A DNA stretch of 64,000 bases from Candidatus Kapaibacterium sp. (GTDB taxonomy: Bacteria; Bacteroidota; Ignavibacteria; Kapaibacteriales; Kapaibacteriaceae). The DNA is taken from contig VERF01000004.1 of NCBI GenBank assembly GCA_018882895.1, positions 554 to 64,553 of the forward strand. The letters are read 5' to 3'. This document shows positions 55,415 through 62,934 of this stretch, one piece after another (position 1 is the stretch's first letter; each line of letters starts with the position of its first letter). Below the pieces are notes generated by a model. It had not been told where the DNA came from and did not search any database. It was given only the letters and a program-made list of their open reading frames with translations. The translations under genes and the position numbers were made by a program.

Positions 55415-56394
55415 GCAGCCATTCCATACAGTCCATCAGCGCACCGGTTCACGAAGAGATCGAGAGATTCGACGGGTACCTGCGCCAGCAGGTGCGATCG
55501 CAGACGGCATTGCTCGACACGGTGGTGCGCTACATTATGCGTCAGCGCGGCAAGCGCGTGCGCCCTGCTCTTGTCTTCCTCGCAGCCGGTGCCTGCGGCA
55601 CGATCGGCGAGAGATCGTTCATCGCCGCAGCAATGGTTGAACTCCTTCATACTGCCACGCTTGTTCACGATGATGTTGTGGATCAGGCCGACATGCGTCG
55701 GGGAGTGGCATCGATCAACGCCGTGTGGAAGAACAAGGTTGCCGTTCTGGTGGGTGACTACTTTCTGTCGAGGGGGCTTTTGATCGCCGTCAACAGCGGC
55801 GAGTTCGATTACTTGCGCGTTACCAGCGACGCAGTACGTCGCATGAGCGAAGGCGAGCTGCTGCAGATGCAAAAGAGCCGTCAAAAGACCATCGACGAAG
55901 AGACTTACTTCCGCATCATATCGGACAAGACAGCATCGCTGATTTCGACCTGTTGCGCCGTGGGCGCAATCAGTGCGACCGATGATGAGGCCAAGCGCGC
56001 AGCCCTGACTCAGTACGGCGAGCTTGTCGGCTTGGCGTTTCAGATCCGCGACGACGTGCTCGATTATACCTCGCGAACCTTCATCCTGGGCAAGCCCGTA
56101 GGCAATGACATCCGTGAGGGTAAGGTCACCCTGCCGCTGATCTATGCAATGGCCAAGGCCGACTCTTCGGATGCCAAGAAGATTCTCGGCATCGTCAAGT
56201 CCAAGCGGGCCGACCGAAAAGATGTCGCTCGGGTGATCGACTTTGTTGAGCGCAACGGAGGAATCAGCGCCGCTCAGGAACGGGCGGAAGCCCTGAAGCA
56301 GCAAGCAGTTAGTCAGCTTGAGGGGTTTGCACCCTCGATCTACCAATCGGCCCTTGTCGACTTTGCTAATTTTGTCGTCGCACGTACGTCATAG
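55411..56394 (+). CDS. ispB: Long-chain polyprenyl diphosphate synthase (octaprenyl/solanesyl-type)
   Basis: First DDxxD in LLHTATLVHDDVVD and second in AFQIRDDVLD, plus GKRVRPAL. The start overlaps the tatC stop. Confidence 0.9.
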   Translation: MSSHSIQSISAPVHEEIERFDGYLRQQVRSQTALLDTVVRYIMRQRGKRVRPALVFLAAGACGTIGERSFIAAAMVELLHTATLVHDDVVDQADMRRGVASINAVWKNKVAVLVGDYFLSRGLLIAVNSGEFDYLRVTSDAVRRMSEGELLQMQKSRQKTIDEETYFRIISDKTASLISTCCAVGAISATDDEAKRAALTQYGELVGLAFQIRDDVLDYTSRTFILGKPVGNDIREGKVTLPLIYAMAKADSSDAKKILGIVKSKRADRKDVARVIDFVERNGGISAAQERAEALKQQAVSQLEGFAPSIYQSALVDFANFVVARTS

Positions 56395-56426
56395 CCACGG
56401 TTTCAAAATTTCGGGAGGTACCCTCC

Positions 56427-57128
56427 ATGTCCCAGCTCAACGCAACCAGCTTCTCGCAAGCGATATCGGCAGATGCCATCCGTACGTACGTCCAGCGCGT
56501 ATATGCCTGGATGGTTGGCGGTCTGCTTCTGACCGGGGTAACGGCATTCGTTGTCGCAGGCTCTGATGTCATGCTCAGCGCCATCTTCGGCACCCCCCTT
56601 AAGTGGGTAATCTTGTTTGGCCCTGTCGCAATGGTTTGGTTCCTGGCCGCACGGGTTGACCAGATGAAGCCGAGCACGGCAGCCGGACTGTTCATTGCCT
56701 ACTCGATCATGAACGGCTTGTCCTTCGCTGCGATCTTTCTCGTATATGAACTCGGGAGCATCTTCCAGGTCTTCCTTATCACCGCCGGCATGTACGGCTC
56801 GGCTGCGGCCTATGGTTATCTGACCAAGCGAGATCTGTCAGGCATGGGTTCATTCCTGTTCATGGGGCTCATCGGACTGATCCTTGCCTCGGTCGTCAAC
56901 ATCTTCCTCGGTAGCTCAGTTCTCGAATTCGCCGTATCTGTCATCGGTGTGCTGATCTTCACGGGTCTGACAGCCTACGACATGAGTCGAATCAAGGAGC
57001 AGGCCATCGTGATGTATGCCGGCGAGGGCCTCGCCCACAAGCGCGCGATCGTTGGTGCCCTGTCGCTGTATCTGAACTTCATCAACCTCTTCCTGTATCT
57101 GCTGCGCCTGTTCGGCAACCGCGACTAA
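56427..57128 (+). CDS. Bax-inhibitor-1/YccA family membrane protein
   Basis: Seven TM segments, N-terminus IRTYVQRVYAWMVGGLLLTG, and a basic C-terminus LYLLRLFGNRD, typical of BI-1/YccA. Confidence 0.85.
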   Translation: MSQLNATSFSQAISADAIRTYVQRVYAWMVGGLLLTGVTAFVVAGSDVMLSAIFGTPLKWVILFGPVAMVWFLAARVDQMKPSTAAGLFIAYSIMNGLSFAAIFLVYELGSIFQVFLITAGMYGSAAAYGYLTKRDLSGMGSFLFMGLIGLILASVVNIFLGSSVLEFAVSVIGVLIFTGLTAYDMSRIKEQAIVMYAGEGLAHKRAIVGALSLYLNFINLFLYLLRLFGNRD

Positions 57129-57155
57129 CACGTCGCCACGCCAGATCAGCTGAAC

Positions 57156-58130
57156 ATGTCACGGCCTCTGCATCCCGATTTTGCCATTGAGGCACTTCAG
57201 CTCCTTGACGCCTCGAGAGCCATCGACGCCGTGCGCCTCTGCAGCATGGGCATTGAGGACTACCCTCAGTATGCCGGTGGCTACGTTATGCTGGCCAAGG
57301 CTTATGCGAAGCTCGGACTGACCGATGATGCCGAGGCTTTGGTGCGCGACATCACGATGCGTTTCCCGCACGTGCATGTGACCCTTTCCCAACGGGAGAC
57401 AGTCGAAGCACCGGTAGTCGAAGCACCGCAAGCCGAAGCACCGGAAGTTGAATCACCGGAAGTTGAATCACCGGAAGCTGAAGCACCGGAAGTCGAAACA
57501 CTGGAAGTTGAAGCACTGGAAGTCGAAACACCGGAAGTCGAGATACCGGAGTTTGAAACACCGGATGTCGTAACACCGGAACTTGTGGCGCAACCAAGTG
57601 AACAGGTCGACGAAGTGTCCGTCGCCCCCTACCACGTCCTTCGCATGATCGAAACGGCGCCGATCGCCGATGATGCGCCGATCATTCGCAGTGGCAGTGT
57701 GCGGCTCATTCCGGGACTGGAGTTCACCACACTGCGTGTCGAGGGGATACGATCGCGCGGGCGCCGTGGTATCGGTTCGCTGCCTGAGCCCCCTTCTTTC
57801 AGAGCATTCCACGCGGTGCGCCGACCTCAGCGTCCGGCTGAACCGACGCCGCAGCGTAAGCCGATCAGTCTCGAGGAACTCGCCTCTCGATTGGTCGATG
57901 TCAAGATGCCGCGTCAAAGCGAGATTGATGCTGCTTCAGCTCGCAACGAGCCTCCACCACCGCCGCAACCCCAGCCGATCCTGGTCACCGAAACGATCGC
58001 CAACATCTACATGCAACAGCAGTCTTACGACCTGGCGATCGAGGCATACAAGACCCTTATGACACGCAAGCCGGAGCGTCGGGATCACTTCGAGGCGCTC
58101 ATCCGCGAATGCGAGCGCAAGCGCGGGTAG
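57156..58130 (+). CDS. Hypothetical protein with TPR-like ends and a central acidic pentapeptide-repeat region
   Basis: TPR-like helices at both ends (YAGGYVMLAKAYAKLGLTDDAEAL; IANIYMQQQSYDLAIEAYKTLM). Central (V/A)E(A/S/T)PE x12. Confidence 0.7.
   Translation: MSRPLHPDFAIEALQLLDASRAIDAVRLCSMGIEDYPQYAGGYVMLAKAYAKLGLTDDAEALVRDITMRFPHVHVTLSQRETVEAPVVEAPQAEAPEVESPEVESPEAEAPEVETLEVEALEVETPEVEIPEFETPDVVTPELVAQPSEQVDEVSVAPYHVLRMIETAPIADDAPIIRSGSVRLIPGLEFTTLRVEGIRSRGRRGIGSLPEPPSFRAFHAVRRPQRPAEPTPQRKPISLEELASRLVDVKMPRQSEIDAASARNEPPPPPQPQPILVTETIANIYMQQQSYDLAIEAYKTLMTRKPERRDHFEALIRECERKRG
57402..57581 (+). repeat. 12 tandem 15-bp coding repeats (GTCGAAGCACCGGAA consensus)
   Basis: Parsed by hand into 12 in-phase 15-mers encoding VEAPV VEAPQ AEAPE VESPE VESPE AEAPE VETLE VEALE VETPE VEIPE FETPD VVTPE. 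Confidence 0.95.
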
Positions 58131-58135
58131 GTCCG

Positions 58136-59425
58136 ATGCTTCTGTCGCGATACATTCTTCGAACGCACGCCGCCCCGTTCCTTTTCGGTACGGTGGTGAT
58201 CATGATACTGTTTCTTCTGCAGTACTTCATGCGATGGCTTGACCAGCTGGCAAGCAAGGGGCTGGATGTTTCAACCATCATCATGTTCATGGTCCTCAAC
58301 CTCTCGTGGATCGTCGTCCTGGCAATACCGGTCGGTGTGCTCTTCAGCACGATCATGGCCTTCGGGGCAATGTCGACCACGCATGAAGTGACGGTGATGA
58401 AGGCCAGCGGCGTCGGACTTCTACGCATGATGGTTCCGGTGGTGAGCTGCGGTGTTCTGCTCTGGGGCTTCGTATTCTGGTACACAGATACCGTGCTGCC
58501 GGAGACGAACGTTCGACTTTCGGCAATGATGCGCGACATTGAACGCACCAAACCCACCTTCGCTGTTGATGAAGGTCAGTTCAGCACGTACCTTGACGGG
58601 GTAACCGTGCTTGCACGCCATGTGGATACCAACGGCCTCATGCGCGGCATGACCATCTATGATCGGTCGAAGTACGAGGTTCGCAACGTGATCTCTGCTG
58701 ATTCCGGACGATTGCAGTTCTCTCCGTCGCTGACGCGACTCGTGGTGCAACTCCACAACGGTGAGATCCATCAGCGAAGCGTGCGCGATCCGATGGATTA
58801 CCGGGTGATCCGTTTTGCCGGCTATCAGATGACGCTTCCGGCAGAGAACATGATGTATCAGGCCTCCGATGTGACCGGAACCTCGCGGTCTGATCGTGAG
58901 ATGAGCATCGCTGATATGCGCCAGGTTGTCGACCGAGCTGAACTCCAGGCCCGTCAGGCCGACGAGCGGTACGACACGGCATTCATTCGGCATATGGACT
59001 ATGTGCTGCGCGACGGCTCGCCGGCCGACAGTTCAGTGCGCAGCATGAAGGACAGGATCGAGAGGGCCATATCCATCGTCGTCTCGACGCGTTCAACACT
59101 CGAGTCCGAGCGTCTTCGCCGATCCAGCGAGTTGACCGTTGCCAACAAGTACCTCGTTGAGATCCACAAGAAGTATGCGATCCCGTTCGCATGCCTGCTC
59201 TTTGTGTTTGTCGGCTGTCCAATGGGCATCCTCACAAAGGGCGGTAGCTTCGGATCGAGCGCTCTGATCTCGCTCGGCTTCTACGTCCTGTACTGGATTT
59301 CTATGATAGGGGGCGAGAAACTTGCCGACCGAGGTCTTTTGTCACCGGCCGTCGCAATGTGGGTCGGCAATGCAACCATCGGATTGATCGCGGCGATCGT
59401 TACCCTTCGCGTGAACTCGCGGTAA
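58136..59425 (+). CDS. LptF/LptG (YjgP/YjgQ) family LPS export permease
   Basis: N-terminus MLLSRYILRTHAAPFLFG, three TM segments, a large periplasmic loop, then three C-terminal TM segments. ATG at 58136 verified, 5 nt after the upstream stop. Confidence 0.85.
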   Translation: MLLSRYILRTHAAPFLFGTVVIMILFLLQYFMRWLDQLASKGLDVSTIIMFMVLNLSWIVVLAIPVGVLFSTIMAFGAMSTTHEVTVMKASGVGLLRMMVPVVSCGVLLWGFVFWYTDTVLPETNVRLSAMMRDIERTKPTFAVDEGQFSTYLDGVTVLARHVDTNGLMRGMTIYDRSKYEVRNVISADSGRLQFSPSLTRLVVQLHNGEIHQRSVRDPMDYRVIRFAGYQMTLPAENMMYQASDVTGTSRSDREMSIADMRQVVDRAELQARQADERYDTAFIRHMDYVLRDGSPADSSVRSMKDRIERAISIVVSTRSTLESERLRRSSELTVANKYLVEIHKKYAIPFACLLFVFVGCPMGILTKGGSFGSSALISLGFYVLYWISMIGGEKLADRGLLSPAVAMWVGNATIGLIAAIVTLRVNSR

Positions 59426-59436
59426 CTGCCTGCCCC

Positions 59437-60600
59437 TTACCAGACGAATCTGTTGAGGGCTTCGCTGGCGCGAGCAAACGCCTCGTCCACCGTTGCGCCC
59501 GTGGCCGTAAGGTGTCCCATCTTCCGACCCATTCGCACGTCTTTCTTCCCGTATAGGTGCAGGGCAACATCGTCCACCTTCAGCATCTCGATCACACTAT
59601 CGGGAACACCGCTACCGGTGCGCTCACCTAGCAGGTTGATCATGCATGCCGCCGGCACACGCATTTTGGCAGAGCCAAGGGGCATGTTGGTTACCGCACG
59701 AATGACGTTCTCAAACTGCGATGTATGGCAGGCCTCAATGGTGTAGTGTCCGCTATTGTGTGGCCGTGGTGCGATCTCGTTGAAGACGATCTCATCAGCA
59801 AGTGTCAGGAACATCTCAATACCGAACACACCTACGCCACCGATGGCCTCGACGCAGGCAACGGCGATCTCCTGGGCCCTGCGCTGCAGATGATCTTCGA
59901 TCGGTGCCGGTGCAAGTACCGTCACGCAGATATGCCCCTGCTGGATGGTCTGCACGCACGGATATACAGCGATCTCGCCGCGCTTGTTGCGCGCAACCAT
60001 CACTGCCAACTCCTTAGTGAAGGTAACGAATGACTCGGCCAGCAGCGGCCGAGGGTCCTCACCCTCCATGAACCGACGCCACACCATGTCGATCTCGGTC
60101 TCACGCTTGATGGTGGCGTTTCCATAACCATCATACCCGAACTTGCGCGTCTTGGCAACAAACGGATATCCGTGCTTCTGACCAAAGGCAACGAGATCTT
60201 CCTTCGTAGTGATCTCAGCGAACTCCGGCGTCGGAATGCCCGCCCCCTTCATGGTAAGCTTCTGCGTGTACTTGTCCTGCACAAGCCGCATTGTCTGCGG
60301 CGACGGAAACACCAATCGCCGCTCGGCGATGACGTCCAGGATCTCAGGGTCAATGAACTCATTCTCCAACGTTATGATGTCGGAAGCCTGAATGAATCGC
60401 TCCAACTCGGCAGAGTCCTTCCACCCTCCCGGAAACTCCAGCTTGGTCATCACCCCAGCAGGTGAATCCTCGCCATGTTCAATGATCGCCACGCGAAGAC
60501 CCATCCGATAGGCCTCGTGCGCCGTCATCTTCGCAAGCTGCCCACCCCCGAGTATTCCGAGGGTAAGGGGCTTTGTCAGTTGTGTCAGGGAAGGAAGCAT
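59437..60600 (-). CDS. purK: N5-carboxyaminoimidazole ribonucleotide synthase
   Basis: ILGGGQLAKM N-terminus and ATP-grasp motifs (GYPFVAKT..GYDGYGN, EIAPRPHNSGH). Confidence 0.92.
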   Translation of the reverse strand: MLPSLTQLTKPLTLGILGGGQLAKMTAHEAYRMGLRVAIIEHGEDSPAGVMTKLEFPGGWKDSAELERFIQASDIITLENEFIDPEILDVIAERRLVFPSPQTMRLVQDKYTQKLTMKGAGIPTPEFAEITTKEDLVAFGQKHGYPFVAKTRKFGYDGYGNATIKRETEIDMVWRRFMEGEDPRPLLAESFVTFTKELAVMVARNKRGEIAVYPCVQTIQQGHICVTVLAPAPIEDHLQRRAQEIAVACVEAIGGVGVFGIEMFLTLADEIVFNEIAPRPHNSGHYTIEACHTSQFENVIRAVTNMPLGSAKMRVPAACMINLLGERTGSGVPDSVIEMLKVDDVALHLYGKKDVRMGRKMGHLTATGATVDEAFARASEALNRFVW

Positions 60601-60603
60601 TTC

Positions 60604-60631
60604 AGGTTACAGGTTACAGGTTACAGGTTAC
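60604..60631. repeat. Tandem heptanucleotide array (AGGTTAC x4 on +), ending 3 nt from the purK ATG
   Basis: Hand parse of ttc|AGGTTAC|AGGTTAC|AGGTTAC|AGGTTAC|agggg. On the transcribed (minus) strand this reads CCTGTAA x4, giving a TAA in every unit. Confidence 0.95.
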
Positions 60632-60680
60632 AGGGGAAGCAGCAATTTGGTATCAGCTTTACCTCGGTGAAAGATCGAGC

Positions 60681-60715
60681 CTGTCACCTGTCACCCATCA
60701 CCTGTCACCTGTTCA
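60681..60715. repeat. Tandem heptanucleotide array (CTGTCAC x5, two variant units, on +), an imperfect inverted partner of 60604-60631
   Basis: CTGTCAC CTGTCAC CCATCAC CTGTCAC CTGTTCA. On the minus strand this reads CAGGTGA units (TGA in every unit). The array encodes the last 6 aa and the stop of acpS (..EQVTGDG*). Confidence 0.9.
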
Positions 60716-61077
60716 ATCACTACCACTGCCAAAGCAACGGTAGATGTGTGGCTAAGTGAGACATGGATGGTGTGTGATCCCCATCGTTCGAGCATGGCAC
60801 CGAAGAGTTCGATACGGGGCTCACCGGATTTCTCGTTCACGATGCCGACGAGCTTAAAGGACATACCATCGCGCATGCCGGTCTTGACGGCCTTGGAGAA
60901 GGCCTCCTTTGCGGCAAAGCGAGCGGCGTAATGAAGAAAACGTGTTTCACCGAAATGGTCACAGTAGGCGATCTCGGTGTCGGTGAAGATCTTCGACAAA
61001 AACCGATCGCCGTACTGGTCGTAGGCAGCTTTGATGCGCGGGACGTCCACCACGTCGGTACCGATGCCGATGATCAT
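60691..61077 (-). CDS. acpS: Holo-[acyl-carrier-protein] synthase
   Basis: [26 protein letters not shown] and SLSHT motifs. ATG at 61077 verified; it overlaps the cobB stop. Confidence 0.9.
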   Translation of the reverse strand: MIIGIGTDVVDVPRIKAAYDQYGDRFLSKIFTDTEIAYCDHFGETRFLHYAARFAAKEAFSKAVKTGMRDGMSFKLVGIVNEKSGEPRIELFGAMLERWGSHTIHVSLSHTSTVALAVVVIEQVTGDG

Positions 61078-61790
61078 GAAGCGACTCCGATAAGCTGTGG
61101 CAGTACTGAGGCACTGGTGCCGACAAGCACGTGATGGGCTTCGCGGCTGAAGACGGTAGGATTCGGGTTGACCTCTACGATCGTTGCGCCGTACTGCTTG
61201 GCCGTGTAGGCAAGACCGGCGGCCGGCCATACTTCCGCACTCGTACCGATCACAAACATGATGTCGCAGCCGCGCGCCGCCTGCTCAGCCGCTGCAAAGA
61301 CGTCCTGCGGCAGCTCTTCTCCAAACCAGACCACGTTGGGACGCATCGGGCCGAGGCATTCGACGCAGTCCAAGCGGTCGTCAGTTCGGATGTGCCCGCA
61401 GTCATTACAGCGGTTTTCGATCAGGTTGCCGTGGACTTCAAGAACGTTTCGGCTGCCCGCACGCTGGTGCAGTCGGTCCACGTTCTGCGTGATCAGCGTG
61501 AATGTGCCTTCATGTGTCCTCTCCAGCTCTGCCAATGCATAGTGTCCGGCATTCGGCTCCACACTCGTGGCGATGCTGCGGCGGTGAGCATACCACTCGC
61601 GTACGCGCTCCGGGTTGGCCAGAAAGCCCTCCATGCTGGCAAGCTCTTGGGGGGAGAATTTTGCCCAGAGTCCGTCGGGATCGCGAAACGTGGGCACGCC
61701 CGACTCGGCACTCACACCAGCACCGGTCAGCACGGCGATCGACCGTGCCTGCCTAAGTATGCCGCGTACCGTGTCGACGTCGTTGCTCAT
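61074..61790 (-). CDS. cobB: NAD-dependent protein deacylase (Sir2/CobB)
   Basis: [26 protein letters not shown], Zn ribbon CNDCGH...CVEC, and VWFGE. Confidence 0.9.
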   Translation of the reverse strand: MSNDVDTVRGILRQARSIAVLTGAGVSAESGVPTFRDPDGLWAKFSPQELASMEGFLANPERVREWYAHRRSIATSVEPNAGHYALAELERTHEGTFTLITQNVDRLHQRAGSRNVLEVHGNLIENRCNDCGHIRTDDRLDCVECLGPMRPNVVWFGEELPQDVFAAAEQAARGCDIMFVIGTSAEVWPAAGLAYTAKQYGATIVEVNPNPTVFSREAHHVLVGTSASVLPQLIGVAS

Positions 61791-62900
61791 GCTGCGGAGT
61801 TGAGTTGGTCTTCCAGAAGCAGATATGCCTTGATGAGCTCGTCAATGTCACCATCCATCACCGAATGCACGTCCGTGATCTTTGTCTCCGTGCGGTGGTC
61901 GTTGACCATTGTGTAAGGTTGGAAGACGTACGAGCGGATCTGCGAGCCCCATTCAATTTTCTTCTTGGAACCTTCGATGGCGGCCTTGGCGGCTTCCTCT
62001 TCTTCGCGGCGGATCTGGTACAGGCGAGACTTGAGCATCTTCATCGCATGCTCGCGGTTGAGCAGCTGCGAACGCTCCTGCTGACAAGCCACTACCACAC
62101 CCGAAGGGATGTGACGCAGACGCACGGCGGTCTCGACCTTATTGACATTCTGGCCACCCTTGCCCCCTGATCGAAACGTGTCCATTTCCACGTCCGCAGG
62201 ATTGATGACGATCTCAACATCATCCTCCACCTCCGGGTACACGAACACCGAAGCGAACGACGTGTGACGTCGGGCATTGGAGTCATACGGGCTGATGCGA
62301 ACCAGACGGTGCACGCCGTTTTCTGCCTTGAGATATCCGTACGCATACCGGCCGCGTATCTCCAGCGTGCAGCTCTTGATACCCGCGGTATCGCCTTCCT
62401 GCTCTTCGGCAAGGTACACCTCGAAGCCGTGCTTTTCGGCCCAGCGAGTGTACATGCGCATGAGCATCTCGGCCCAGTCCTGCGCTTCCGTACCGCCGGC
62501 ACCGGCATTGATCGTTAGGATGGCATTGCGGTTGTCGTCCTGACCCGAGAGGATCTTGCGAAGCTCCAGCTCATCGACGGATGTCAGGCACTTGGCAAGT
62601 TCCGCAAGGATGTCCGACTCCATCGAGGAGTCGTCGGCCTCTTCGGCCAGTTCGATCAGGGCCTGCACGTCGCCGACGCTTCCCTGCGCCTGTTCCCAGG
62701 TCTGCACCCAGTCCTTCAGATTCGCAGCTTCCTGCATCAGCTTCTGGGCCTTCTGGGCATCATCCCAGAAATCCGGTGCTTGGGAGAGCATCTCCCGTTC
62801 TGCTATCTCGTCGCGCTTGCGATCGATGTCAAAGGAACCTCCGCAATTGGTCCACACGGTCGCGGAGTTCACTCACTTGTTGCTTTTGTGGCTCAAACAT
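61787..62900 (-). CDS. prfB: Peptide chain release factor 2, requiring a programmed +1 frameshift
   Basis: ORF0 is ATG at 62900 ... CTT TGA (stop at 62829-62831). The main frame continues as DIDRKRDEI.. and contains SPYDS (SPF-equivalent region) and the [17 protein letters not shown] motif. Confidence 0.93.
62828..62843 (-). promoter_or_regulatory. RF2 autoregulatory +1 frameshift site (SD-like GGAGG, 3 nt, CTT TGA C)
   Basis: Minus strand reads CGG AGG TTC CTT TGA CAT. Shifting +1 at CTT-T gives GAC ATC GAT = DID, matching the downstream ORF. Confidence 0.9.
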
Positions 62901-62934
62901 GGCGCAAAGATACGGAGCCCCGCTCGGCCAGCGG

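Noticed and set aside
55345-56346. 333-aa ORF on the minus strand
   Set aside because: It is antisense to ispB, whose two DDxxD motifs make the plus-strand frame unambiguous. It is a shadow ORF.
61074-61790. SIR2-domain protein as a possible anti-phage (Thoeris/DSR-like) effector
   Set aside because: It has the canonical short CobB architecture with the Zn-ribbon cysteines and sirtuin motifs. It has no extra sensor or effector domains and sits in a housekeeping string (prfB-cobB-acpS) with 4-nt overlaps.
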